From Macrostomum lignano (Eukaryota): 64,000 nt of DNA. Both the position numbers and the translations under genes were made by a program. Location of the stretch: contig NIVC01000887.1 of NCBI GenBank assembly GCA_002269645.1, positions 1 to 64,000 on the forward strand, given 5' to 3'. Shown here piece after piece: positions 23,338 to 44,440 of the stretch (position 1 is its first letter; every line of letters begins with the position of its first letter). Under the pieces are notes generated by a model that saw only the letters and a list, made by a program, of their open reading frames with translations, was not told the DNA's origin and did no database searches.

Positions 23338-24321
23338 TGGGGTGGCAGTGAAGACAGGTGGGGATGCTGGGGTGGCAGTGAAGACAGGTAGGGATGCTGG
23401 GGTGGCAGTGAAGACAGGTGGGGATGCTGGGGTGGCAGTGAAGACAGGTGGGGATGCTGGGGTGGCAGTGAAGACAGGTGGGGATGCTGGGGTGGCAGTG
23501 AAGACAGGTGGGGATGCTGGGGTGGCAGTGAAGACAGGTGGGGATGCTGGGGTGGCAGTGAAGACAGGTGGGGATGATGGTGATGGCAGAGAAGACAGGT
23601 CGGGATGCTGGGATGGCAGTGAAGACAGGTGGGGATGCTGGGGTGGCAGTGAAGACAGGTGGGGATGATGGTGATGGCAGTGAAGACAGGTGGGGATGAT
23701 GGTGATGGCAGTGAAGACAGGTGGGGATGGAGTGGCAGTGAAGACAGGTGGGGATGCTGGGATGGCAGTGAAGACAGATGGGGATGGAGTAGCAGTGAAG
23801 ACAGGTGGGGATGGGGTGGCAGTGAAGACAGGTGGGGATGGAGTGGCAGTGAAGACAGGTGGGGATGGAGTGGCAGTGAAGACAGATGGGGATGGAGTAG
23901 CAGTGAAGACAGGTGGGGATGGGGTGGCAGTGAAGACAGGTGGGGATGGAGTGGCAGTGAAGACAGGTGGGGATGCTGGGATGGCAGTGAAGACAGATGG
24001 GGATGGAGTGGCAGTGAAGACAGGTGGGGATGGAGTGGCAGTGAAGACAGGTGGGGATGGGGTGGCAGTGAAGACAGGTGGGGATGGGGTGGCAGTGAAG
24101 ACAGGTGGGGATGGAGTGGCAGTGAAGACAGGTGGGGATGATGGAGTGGGAGTGAAGACAGATGGGGATGGAGTGGCAGTGAAGACAGGTGGGATGGAGT
24201 GGCAGTGAAGACAGGTGGGGATGGGGTGGCAGTGAAGACAGATGGGATGGAGTGGCAGTGAAGACAGGTGGGGATGATGGTGATGGCAGTGAAGACAGGT
24301 GGGATGGGGTGGCAGTGAAGG
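23338..24321. repeat. 27/30-bp minisatellite GGTGGCAGTGAAGACAGGTGGGGATG(CTGG)
   Basis: Direct tandem periodicity. Confidence 0.95.
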
Positions 24322-24791
24322 GGTGGTTTTTTCACCGAGAAAATACGAATATTCAAACATCGAACGTGTACACTCGTAAAAATATTGAAAAACACCGAAA
24401 CACAAAATTCAAAACGGTGAAGTTCTTCATCAAGCGGTAGAATTAATTTTCAGCGTTGACTCTTGACAGCTGGCTCAAAGATAGGATAATGTGTATTATT
24501 AAAGCTTGGGCCACATACAATATAACCGGACACTGATGATACGGTTGCACAGCATATGCACATGGCTGCTCTTAAAAAAATACATTTTTTGTCCTAACTG
24601 AAGTTGAGTGAATGCAACAATGAGGGAAGCGGCAATGGAGTTTATCCGAGGGCAATGGATCGACTTACTTTAATTACAGCGCCATTATTACTCAGATGTA
24701 CTTTCAACAGTCAAAATTAATCAGTGACAAAATATCACTACATTGACAGGAACTGATTTCATTAGGCACTGGGGATCTCATTTGTTAATAC

Positions 24792-25722
24792 TTCACCTGT
24801 GCCACTATTAATCAGCCAATATTTCACCTGTGCCACTATTAATCAGCCAATATTTCACCTGTGTCACTATTAATCAGCCAATATTTCACCTGTGCCACTA
24901 TTAATCAGCCAATATTTCACCTGTGTCACTATTAATCAGCCAATATTTCACCTGTGTCACTATTAATCAGCCAATATTTCACCTGTGTCACTATTAATCA
25001 TCCAATATTTCACCTGTCACTATTAACTAGCCAATATTTCACCTGTGTCACTATTAATCAGCCAATATTTCACCTGTGTCACTATTAATCAGCCAATATT
25101 TCACCTGTGTCACTATTAATCAACCAATATTTCACCTGTGTCACTATTAATCAGCCAATATTTCACCTGTGTCACTATTAATCATCCAATATTTCACCTG
25201 TCACTATTAACTAGCCAATATTTCACCTGTGTCACTATTAATCAGCCAATATTTCACCTGTGTCACTATTAATCAGCCAATATTTCACCTGTGTCACTAT
25301 TAATCAGCCAATATTTCACCTGTGTCACTATTAATCAGCCAATATTTCACCTGTGTCACTATTAACCAGCCAATATTTCACCTGTGTCACTATTAATTGT
25401 GTCACTATTAACCAGCCAATATTTCACCTGTGTCACTATTAATTGTGTCACTATTAATCAGCCAATATTTCACCTGTGTCACTATTAATCAGCAATATTT
25501 CACCTGTGTCACTATTAACCAGCCAATATTTCACCTGTGTCACTATTAACCAGCCAATATTTCACCTGTGTCACTATTAACCAGCCAATATTTCACCTGT
25601 GTCACTATTAATTGTGTCACTATTAATCAGCCAATATTTCACCTGTGTCACTATTAATCAGCCAATATTTCACCTGTGTCACTATTAATCAGCCAATATT
25701 TCACCTGTGTCACTATTAATCA
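24792..25722. repeat. 31-bp minisatellite TTTCACCTGTGTCACTATTAATCAGCCAATA, just downstream of EIF6
   Basis: Direct tandem periodicity. Confidence 0.95.
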
Positions 25723-25820
25723 GTGGAATTTTCGCCAGGTAATAACAATAACCTGTCAAATGAAGACTTGTCATCAGTAAGCTGTACTTAAGAAAATCAG
25801 TCGTACATTATCAGAGCCTC

Positions 25821-28295
25821 CTAGGCCATGGTGTCGATCAATGCGTCGCGCATATTAGCAGCCACAGACGAGGGCAGCTTGTCGCCCAGCTGAAAGACGC
25901 TTTCAACAAGGCCCAACTCAGTGGCCGTGGTGTCCACTCCGCAGAATCCGATCCAGTCGTTCACAACTAAACCAGCACTAATCACTGGCGAGCCTTTGTT
26001 AATTGTGCCAGCGGCTAGCGGCACCTGCAGCAGGGAGGCCAACTCGTCTAAGCTGGCCTTCGGGGTCATCGGGTCCACCAGACCGCCGCGATTGGTGAGG
26101 GCGCACCGGCTGCCAACTAGCAGGTGCTCGCCGATTGAGTGGCGAAACACCTCCACCTGGTTTATTGGGAAATTGATAGCTTGTCAATTATGTCTCCATT
26201 ACCTGTTGAGTCACAAGCGCATCACGTCAGTTGTACGTAGAATCGTAAGGGTCACGAAAATGTCGTTAAAGAGTCGTTATGTTGGCGCTTAACTTACTAC
26301 TGAGTACGCTAGACTTGATGTTGATTGGTCAACGGCAACTCTCACTCTGTAACACATCCAGAGCGTCTCAGAAGTGACGCAATAACGATTCTACAGTGAC
26401 GGTCGAGCGCTTCTTCTGCGACTTTTTAGCGACTGAAGAACGCCAGTGAATCGCCCGAGATGTGACTCAGATTCATCAAGCGATGCAAATGCGCTTTAAC
26501 GGCCACAGAGTCGCAGACAATAAATCGCATCAATGTGACTTCTACCGTGACATATTGTTGTTTTAGAGTCGTTTGGAGTCTCTTCTTTTCTATTTTACCT
26601 GTGTCATCTGGGACGCTTCTTGGCGTAGGTACGAGCGTACGCTTTCATCGGGTTACCTCAATACTTCTACTGCAAGTAGCGCGTTCAGTCAATGTTTCAA
26701 ATCGATAAGTTAAAAGCTCAACTTATCGTATCATATGTACCGATGCTTTACAAAAAATCTTGAAAACCTATCAAAATGTTTTGTTTAAATGCTACTAAAA
26801 ATATCAACTTACCTTGAGCGTATCAGCAATCACTTCTTCTGTCTCTCTATCCAAGTCCGGGTGAACCAGTGCACAATAGTCATTGCATGCGATTATGTTG
26901 CCCAAGGCCGACAGGCGCTCCTCAACGCGTTGGACAACAACGCCTGAAGATGAGGACAGACAGGGGCTCTGGTAGTTTTGTATTCGTCATAATTTCACTC
27001 TTCAATGATCACAAATGGCATTGTTGCACAGCTAACAATGATAAATGGCATTGTTGCACAGCTAACAATGACAAATGGTATTGTTGCACAGCTAACAATG
27101 ATAAACGGCATTGTTGCACAGCTAACAATGATAAACGGCATTGTTGCACAGCTAACAATGATAAACGGCTTTGTTGCACAGCTAAAAATGACAAATGGCA
27201 TTGTTAGACAGCTAAAAATGACAAACGGCATTGTTGCACAGCTAAAAATGACAAATGGCATTGTTGCACAGCTAACAATGACAAATGACATTGTTGCACA
27301 GCTAAAAATGACAAATGGCATTGTTGCACAGCTAAAAATGACAAATGGCATTGTTGCACAGCTAACAATGATAAATGACATTGTTGCACAGCTAAAAATG
27401 ACAAATGGCATTGTTGCACAGCTAAAAATGACAAATGGCATTGTTGCACAGCTAAAAATGACAAATGGCATTGTTGCACAGCTAACAATGATAAACGGCA
27501 TTGTTGCACAGCTAACAATGACAAATGGCATTGTTGCACAGCTAACAATGATAAACGGCATTGTTGCACAGCTAAAAATGACAAACGGCATTGTTGCACA
27601 GCTAACAATGACAAATGACATTGTTGCACAGCTAAAAATGACAAATGGCATTGTTGCACAGCTAAAAATGACAAATGGCATTGTTGCACAGCTAACAATG
27701 ATAAATGACATTGTTGCACAGCTAAAAATGACAAATGGCATTGTTGCACAGCTAAAAATGACAAATGGCATTGTTGCACAGCTAAAAATGACAAATGGCA
27801 TTGTTGCACAGCTAACAATGATAAACGGCATTGTTGCACAGCTAACAATGACAAATGGCATTGTTGCACAGCTAACAATGATAAACGGCATTGTTGCACA
27901 GCTAAAAATGACAAATGGCATTGTTGCACAGCTAACAATGACAAATGGCATTGTTGCACAGCTAACAATGATAAACGGCATTGTTGCACAGCTAAAAATG
28001 ACAAACGGCATTATTGCACAGACTCACCATCTGGCAGAGAATTGACCAGATGCTGCAGCTCCTGGTCTGTGGTATTGGATGGCACAATGAGGCCATGGCT
28101 GTTAGCGGCAGTCATCCGGCCAATGCTGCGAATCCCGGCAATGGAGGTGTGAATCACGGGAATCTCTTCGAGTTCGCCTTCGAATACTGAGTAGAAATTC
28201 TCGGAGCCACCAATAGCAACCAGGCAGTATTTGTTAGTCAGGGTGGCGAAAACGCCAACATCGCTACTGCCCTCAAAGTCGGTTCTGACAGCCAT
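25821..28295 (-). CDS. EIF6: Eukaryotic translation initiation factor 6 (244 aa); exons 28295-28028, 26943-26813, 26156-25821
   Basis: [42 protein letters not shown] / [34 protein letters not shown] / [42 protein letters not shown]; GT-AG introns, phases 1 and 0, total 735 nt in frame. Confidence 0.98.
26290..26660. repeat. Dispersed repeat copy (related to 37250-37600), probably a DNA-transposon relic, in EIF6 intron 2
   Basis: Shares GAGATGTGACTCA.ATTCATCAAGCGA.GCAAATGCGCTT and TACCTGTGTCATC blocks with 37250-37600 in the same order and orientation. Confidence 0.6.
27003..28020. repeat. 30-bp minisatellite GCTAACAATGATAAATGGCATTGTTGCACA filling EIF6 intron 1
   Basis: Direct tandem periodicity; starts about 7 nt from the donor. 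Confidence 0.97.
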
Positions 28296-29892
28296 TAAAA
28301 ACTTTTTGCTAGATGACAAAATTTACTGAAAAAATGAAAACACAGAGTACCACAGACTTTATGCTAACTATTTGCATATTGGAATGAAATTAAAGAAAAC
28401 AGGAACTGGCAAAGCTAACCACCAAGTGAGAAATCAAGGTTAACAAGAGTTTTTCTGACCAATTCAGATTTTTATTTCACAATTTTTTTTATCTAGCTAA
28501 CCAATAATGTAGAAAGAAACTATTAAAAAGCATTGAAATTACACTGTCTATGCAAATTAGTTATATTTGACTAAAAATGCCATTTAAGTTTTTAAACTGG
28601 CTCAACACTTTCTAGCTTCCCTGCACTGCTTTTCCCTCTTTCCTTTCTGCCCATTCTTGTCTTTTTTTTATTCTTTGGTCATCAATTTTGTAACTTACAC
28701 AAGTTTCAAGACTCATTTAACTTTAATTTGGACAAAATTATTTTGTCACTATCCTATTTTGATCAGCTATTTATAATTAAAATGTAAACTTTAGTTTAAT
28801 TGTACTTTTACCTTGTAATTTTTATACTTGCTTTTTTGTTTCTTCTTTATGCAACAATACAAGATAAATATTTTGCTAATCTCAGTATAGTAAGGCATTG
28901 GATGGAATAGTAGTCACATAACTGTTCTCAGCCAATAGCGACTTACATGTGTGTGTTGCCAATAGAAACAACCAAGTGATTCCCAAGGTTGCGCATGTGC
29001 ACTTGCATAATTTATTGAAAAATTGAAATCTTTTAGATACATATATTGGCTCTATTACACAGCCTAAAATACATAAAAGATAGTTGTTGCATATTGCATA
29101 ATAGCCACTTTGATAACAAATGAGAATAACACTGATAATAGTATATATTTATTAATATACTCCAAAAGAATGTGCAAATGAACTTGAAGGAAAAACAAAA
29201 AATAATTAAGATATATTCTTGTACACTTTGAGAGATTTTTATTTATGCAGAAAACAATTTGTTTAAGTATTTTTAAATTATTGAGTGTACCAGATGCATG
29301 TACCAGCTACAAAAGATGTCTTATAAATTGACCAAATATTTTATACATTAGAATATCTGAGTTACAGAATCTACTTTCTTCTTCATTAATTACTTAATCA
29401 TTTAACTCATTTTGAATGCATGCCAAATCTAGGAAAACACATTTGTTATACTATACATATTTTTCATAATATTTTATGCGAACTAATTTTTGTTTGAATA
29501 TAAGTGTTTTTGGCAGAAGAGACACCAACCTTGCACATTGTGGTTCCTTAAGAAAGAAATATACTATTCAGGCCAAATTATTAGTAGAATGCTACTAGAA
29601 AAATAGTAAATGCAACTGGAATAACAGGAGAATGATACTTGTAAGGGCTAAATAGTATGCTATATACTCAGACAAATTCTCAAATATATACTTAGACAAA
29701 TACTCAGATTTGTACTTAGACTTATTCTAAGAAACATTTCTCAAACTTTTCTAAGATTAATATACTCATAATTTATTAATAGAATATAGTCTTGGTGGCA
29801 GCTACCAACATTTATAAAGATAGAAATTAAGCCCTGTGACAACTTTGGTGACATTGTAGAATTATTTTTAGGGATAGAAACTAACCCCTAGG

Positions 29893-30701
29893 CAGTGTTG
29901 GGCAAGTTACTCAAAAAAGTAACTTGCGTTACTGTAACTTAAGTTACCAATTTTTAAAAAGTAACTTACGTTAGCCTAGTAACTTTAGACAAAAACCTGG
30001 TAACTTTTAAGTTACTGTCTGTAACTCACTTCCGTTACCCATGTTATTAACAATTTTTTCTGCTTTTTTCACATTGTTGTTACCGAAATTTGCCATTGGG
30101 CATTGGGATTAACCGATTAACAGACAGAGACAGGAATTGGCAACACGCTGTGAGGCAAGTATAGAAGGACCAATGGGCAATGGCAATCAATAATTTTTAA
30201 AATTATAAATGATAAAATAAACGAATATCAATAATTCAATAGAGTAAAATAAATAGAACTGTATAAAATGGTGTAGTGTACTGCAGTGCCAGTGGAGGCT
30301 ACAGATGAATTTCTTTCTTTGGTTGTTTGTTTGAATCAAACTTTAAATTTTTAGTAACGAAAATGAGGGCAAAAATATTTTACCGAAATTAACAAAGTAA
30401 AACATGTTTCAAGTATTTCTTTATTAATTAAGTGCAATACCATATGATACTATTCACTTAATTTTGAATTTAGGAATGAAAAATGCAAAAACATGTGACA
30501 ACCGGCGTACTAGCTAAGCATTTCAGTTTTAAATTTAAATATTGCGATTGTTGCAAAGTAACTATAACGGACTTCCGAAATTTGAGTAACTTACCGTTAC
30601 TCTGTTACTAAAATAAAAAAGTAACTTGCGTAAGGAACGCTTTACAAAGTAACTTGCGTTACCATTTGCAAGTTACTCAGTAACAGAAGTGCCCAACACT
30701 G
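29893..30701. mobile_element. Non-autonomous hAT element (809 bp), TIR CAGTGTTGGGCA, 8-bp TSD CCCCTAGG
   Basis: Perfect 12-bp TIRs; CCCCTAGG at 29885-29892 and 30702-30709; clusters of GTAAC/GTTAC subterminal motifs at both ends; no ORF. Confidence 0.9.
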
Positions 30702-33017
30702 CCCCTAGGCCCTGGCACTGGCACATATTGAAAGAAATGGCAATTAGAATTACTAAAGTGGCTATTATGTATTATTGAAATAGGTTGTCACTATATTAGA
30801 GTCCCTACTATTGAAGCCAAAATCACTAGGCCTAATTACATTCTATTAATATTATTTGAATTAAATTTTGGCAAACTGATTACATAGTTGAATTAGTAAT
30901 AGTATCTATATACTATTATAAGTACTAGATTGCAGTAGGTGATGTCTAAGTATTAGAGGTTGGCTAATAGCTGCAACTTGGTAGAAGGTACTATAGTAAT
31001 GTTTAATGTAATAGTAGTACATGCTTAATCTTATCCAGCCATAGGCCCTAATTTAGGCCTATGCTAAAAATAAAGAAAACAGATCAAAATAATTTATTAA
31101 TATTATTAATTTATTAATAATTTACTAGGCCACCATTGCTAGAAAAAGTAGCCTGGGCCTACTAAAAAAATAACTTATAAAATTTCACTGGAGCCATGCC
31201 CATATCCATACAGCTATGCCTAGGGGCCTATAAGACACTACTAGTTACTAACTTACTAGTAGAGTAAAAAATGAAATACACAAAAACTAAGAGTACTAAT
31301 AGTCCATAGTCTGGAAGGTGGCCTTTACGCCGGAAAATTCCGGCGTATTTTTGCTCTCGCTGACAATCTTGGCGTACACTTGGCGTATAGAATTTTCAGG
31401 TTCAACATGAAGTGTACAACACAGTCGGCGTACAAAAATAGCCAAGTTCAAGGTTAATGTAATCGTGTAGTTATATATCAACCAACGTCGAAAGCTCTTA
31501 AGAAGTTAAGATATTATAAATATAAACGATTGCTGTATAGTGTAAGTGCATGTAACAGCATTGGTGACCACATCGGGTATTGTTCTAAGAAAGAATGAAT
31601 AGCCCTATTAACAATAGCCCTACAGTGAAAAGCAAAAACTTGCGCAGAACGTACTCTACAGCTAAATTTATTTTCTTTTTATTTAAATTTTATTCATGTG
31701 CAACACTCAAATTCTAACAAATTCAAAATCTGGAGTACCCCTGGCCCTATACAATACTATCTGAGCTCCTGTGAAAGTATTTTTAAATATTTGTTTTCGT
31801 GGGGAATTAACTCGCTAAAATAAATTAATGAGCTGGTCGGCTACCTTGAGCTGTACATCGGTTTGCAACCTATGCATGCCATCATAATGGTATTATTGGT
31901 ATACATATCAGAGCTTAAGTAGATTTGTATTACTAAATGATGTCGATAGTAAATAAAAATGATATTGGAAGTCGTCTTCATTTGACTGTTTATGGGCGGA
32001 GCTGACTTAAGTCCACATCTCAATTACAGGTTAAATAGCTTAATTCGTATTTACTGTATAATATGTATAAATGAAAAATGAGATGCCGTTGATATAGCTC
32101 GTACATTTATAGAGCCTGATGATTAGTTCCCTTTTCTGAAAAGCTAAAAAGTTACACATTTATAAAATTTATAGATTATTAAATCAATCGATCGGTTTTC
32201 AATTAAACAATATGAAATCAAAACAAACAATTGAGTATATTTATTGTGAATGCGGACGCAGCAGCATCAGACCAATTGTGTGTATAAGTACAATAACATC
32301 AATTATTTTCAACAGGAAGCGATACATCGGTGATTTCTGATTTGACACGAGGAACAGAGCAGAGAACTCTATATTCACTGCGCGATCTGAATTTTCAATA
32401 GCAAAGCTCTAGCAACTAGTATAAATAATCATTTTGACTTGATTAAAAAAAACAAGCACAATTAATTAGAAACATGCAAAAAGTCAGTCAGGTACCATAT
32501 CAGATTTAAAAAATCTATAATTATGAAAACACCACCGATTCTGAGAATAATGTACATGTACATGTAGAATTCCTGGCTTTGTCCCCTCCACCATAAAATC
32601 CATGGCGACGCCTCTGACAGGGACCAGACACTAATGATATATCTCAGTTGTAAGGGACTTTGGGAGCGAATGTTGACTTTGTTCTTGACTTTGACTTTGA
32701 CATTGACTTTGTTCAATTGACGGCGTCCTCGGAAACCTTTTTTTAAGACAGATGTGAAGTGACTAAAACTTGCTGAACCGCGACAACAACCACTACAGCT
32801 GTAATTATTAAGGACACCGGGTACTCTGTTTCTAGAAAAACTAAGCTCTGAATCAGAATCCTTGTGCTCAAAAGTTTTTGTTAACAGATTGAATTCATAA
32901 TCTTGTATTCCCTTCCCATCCTTCGATCTACACTTCTCTAGTGAGCCCGGGCACGCAGCCTGCTCTGGTGAGATGAAAGATGACAACAAATAATGAAATC
33001 ATTCAATCCGGCCTCAC

Positions 33018-34141
33018 TCAGTCCTGCATTCCGCAGATCATATTGGCCGGCAGGGCCGTATCAATCTGTTTAGGATAGGGCAGGTTCAAGTTATTCATAA
33101 TATTGATGAATTCAGCTTTGGATTTGGTCAGCCGACTGTTGTATTTCTTCTCCTCGGCTACGGTGGTGACAGACTGACCCGTATAGTCGTGAGCAGGATA
33201 GAGCAGGTAGTGCTCAGGCAGGCCGAATATCTGGCTGTGCACCGACTCGTACAGGCGATCAGGCGAGCCCTGCTGGAAGTCGGTTCGGCCGCAGCCGCGA
33301 ATGAGAAGCGCGTCGCCTGTGAAAGCCATGGCGTGGCTGTGCAACACGTAGGTGAGGCAGCCGTCCGTGTGGCCGGGAGTTGACCGCGTCTCCAGCTGCA
33401 GTCGGCCAAAGTCAATCTGCGGATGTTAAAATGGGCGATGAAAGCTACTGATAGTAGGACAAAAAGCGCAACTTCCGCTTTGTGATGATTAACGCTGCAC
33501 TGTTGAGAAATTTATTTCTAACTCTCTGGAACTATATTCAAAGGGGGGTTCTACTGCACTGTTTGTGACAGACTCTACTGCACTGTTTATGGCAGACTCT
33601 ACTGCACTGTTTGTGACAGACTCTACTGCACTGTTTATGGCAGACTCTACTGCACTGTTTGTGACAGACTCTACTGCACTGTTTATGGCAGACTCTACCG
33701 CACTGTTTGTGGCAGACTCTACTGTAGGCTTAATATTAGCCCAGAGACTAGGCTGACAACGGGAGATCTCACCTTGGTCCCGTCCTCAATGTGCACATCA
33801 GCTCTGGCTTTGTAAGCACCGGAAATAACGCTACGACAGCCAGGCAGCAGCGCTTTGAGTCGGCCGGTGCCAGTCACGTGATCAGCGTGCAGGTGCGTAT
33901 TGATGGCGTACACCAGATTCAGGCCCAGCTGCTTAACCAAATTGGCATCGCGTTCGGCTGTTTCAATGACCGGATCAATGTAAACAGCGTTTCGCGTTGC
34001 CTGGCAACCAATCAGATAGGTGTAGGTGCAACTCTTAGGCTCGAATAGCTGACGAAATATGATGCGATCGCTGCCGCTGCCTCCGCCTGAGCAGAAGCGC
34101 CGAGTGGCAAGCAGGAGGCTGAGCGGGCGGAACAGGCGCAT
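33018..34141 (-). CDS. ETHE1: Mitochondrial persulfide dioxygenase ETHE1 (255 aa); exons 34141-33773, 33416-33018
   Basis: Arg-rich presequence [16 protein letters not shown]; [16 protein letters not shown]; [10 protein letters not shown]; STPGHTDGC; [19 protein letters not shown]; YPAHDYTG; [20 protein letters not shown]; phase-0 GT-AG intron. Confidence 0.97.
33549..33726. repeat. 24-bp minisatellite CTCTACTGCACTGTTT(G/A)TG(A/G)CAGA in the ETHE1 intron
   Basis: Direct tandem periodicity. Confidence 0.9.
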
Positions 34142-34286
34142 GGCGGCAAGGGCAGTTTTTGAGCACAGGCTGCAATGTTGAGCCCACAATTCGTGCCTTT
34201 ATTAATTTATAGTGCTTTGCCAGCCAAGCTTATCTAACAGCAAGCTGGTGCGTCCTGCCGCAGCCCTTGATCTTTGCAATCGGGGC

Positions 34287-34380
34287 AGAGCTGCTCAGCG
34301 GTAAGCACTCAGGCTCTGGCGCCGCGAACCCCTGGTTTTCGGCCACATTAATTTGGGGCTTGCGCAAGAAAATTGGCATT
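34287..34380 (+). mobile_element. 5' fragment of tRNA-derived SINE family 2
   Basis: AGCTGCTCAGCGGTAAG A-box and GGCCACATTAATTTGGGGCTTGCGCAAGAAATTGG match the reverse complement of the 41925-42145 copy. Confidence 0.55.
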
Positions 34381-34397
34381 CACACCAATATGGGCCA

Positions 34398-35064
34398 ACT
34401 GTCTCAAACTAGGTGTTTCAGATCACCTGTCTCAAACTAGGTGTTTCAGATCACCTGTCTCAAACTAGGTGTTTCAGATCACCTGTCTCAAACTAGGTGT
34501 TTCAGATCACCTGTCTCAAACTAGGTGTTTCAGATCACCTGTCTCAAACTGTGTCTCAGCTCGTGTCCCAAACTAGGTGTTTCAGATCACCTGTCTCAAA
34601 CTAGGTGTTTCAGATCACCTGTCTCAAACTAGGTGTTTCAGATCACCTGTCTCAAACTAGGTGTTTCAGATCACCTGTCTCAAACTAGGTGTTTCAGATA
34701 ACCTGTCTCAAACTAGGCGTCTCAACTCACCTGTCTCAAACTAGGTGTCTCAGCTCACCTGTCTCAAACTAGGTGTCTCAGCTCACCTGTCTCAAACTAG
34801 GTGTTTCAGATCACTTGTCTCAAACTAGGTGTCTCAGCTCACCTGTCTCAAACTAGGTGTTTCAGATCACTTGTCTCAAACTAGGTGTCTCAGCTCAACC
34901 TGTCTCAAACTGTGTCTCAGCTCATGTGTCCCAAACTAGGTGTCTCAGCTCACCTGTCTCAAACTAGGTGTCTCAACTCACCTGTCTCAAACTAGGTGTC
35001 TCAACTCACCTGTCTCAAACTAGGTGTCTCAACTCACCTGTCTCAAACTCTGTGTCCAAACTAG
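34398..35064. repeat. 28-bp minisatellite AAACTAGGTGTTTCAGATCACCTGTCTC between WDR1 and ETHE1
   Basis: Direct tandem periodicity. Confidence 0.95.
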
Positions 35065-35124
35065 GTGGCTTAAGTAAAAATCAGAATAAAAACAGAATTC
35101 AGCATATTAATAAAAACCGATTTG

Positions 35125-35130
35125 TTTATT
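35125..35130 (-). terminator. Candidate WDR1 polyadenylation signal AATAAA
   Basis: TTTATT on the + strand about 560 nt downstream of the WDR1 stop, before the 28-bp array. Confidence 0.4.
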
Positions 35131-35690
35131 AAAAAACTTCAACTAATAGCGGCGGAATTTAAACAAACAAACGATAGTGCAACTATAACAAAAATTGGAG
35201 AATTTGTTAATTTTCTAGAAACAGCGACTGATTGATTGAATAATTTAGTAAAAAGTTGAAAAAATCGATCAAGAATCGATCTATCAGAAGTAGACAGTGA
35301 TTTTTAAATAGTTTTACTGTAAAGGTATAAATAAAGAACTATAATTAGGCTTGAATAATGACTCAGTCTGCAGAAAACATATTCATAGATATGAATACAA
35401 TAAGGCTTTGCCGTGTAACAATGAATTGCATGCAAGTATTACTTGTACTCTAGTGCCAACAGTACACTAACAACAATAAAATAGGTTGGCAAAACTGGAT
35501 TATATTGAATAGATATAAATAACAACAGTCTCACTGGGTAGCACACGTGAGCAAGAGCTGGCCACCGTTGATTAATTAATGAACTTCAGTAGCAATAGAA
35601 TCTGGATTGCTGTAGTCACAGAAAAACTTTGCCAGCATAACAGTTCCAGTTTAAATATGCTTAAGCGCAAAATTTGTTTAATAAATGGAT

Positions 35691-44440
<8,750 letters not shown>

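Noticed and set aside
27005-28045. 346-aa and other long ORFs over repeats (also 11783-12630, 14864-16455, 20202-21111, 21791-22815, 23280-24405, 35813-36337, 37575-39753, 40417-41184, 46324-46894, 47171-47791, 48361-48945, 54076-55103, 56425-58940, 60819-62791) as repetitive proteins
   Set aside because: They are stop-free translations of tandem arrays, usually open in several frames and strands, and most lie inside introns defined by good splice sites and conserved flanking exons.
32462-32989. 175-aa minus-strand ORF downstream of ETHE1
   Set aside because: No recognisable domain, AT-rich low-complexity segments, and no supporting splice pattern; likely 3' UTR or intergenic.
33018-34141. 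ETHE1 as a bacterial horizontal transfer or contaminant
   Set aside because: It has a spliceosomal intron and a mitochondrial-type presequence, and sits among ordinary metazoan genes.
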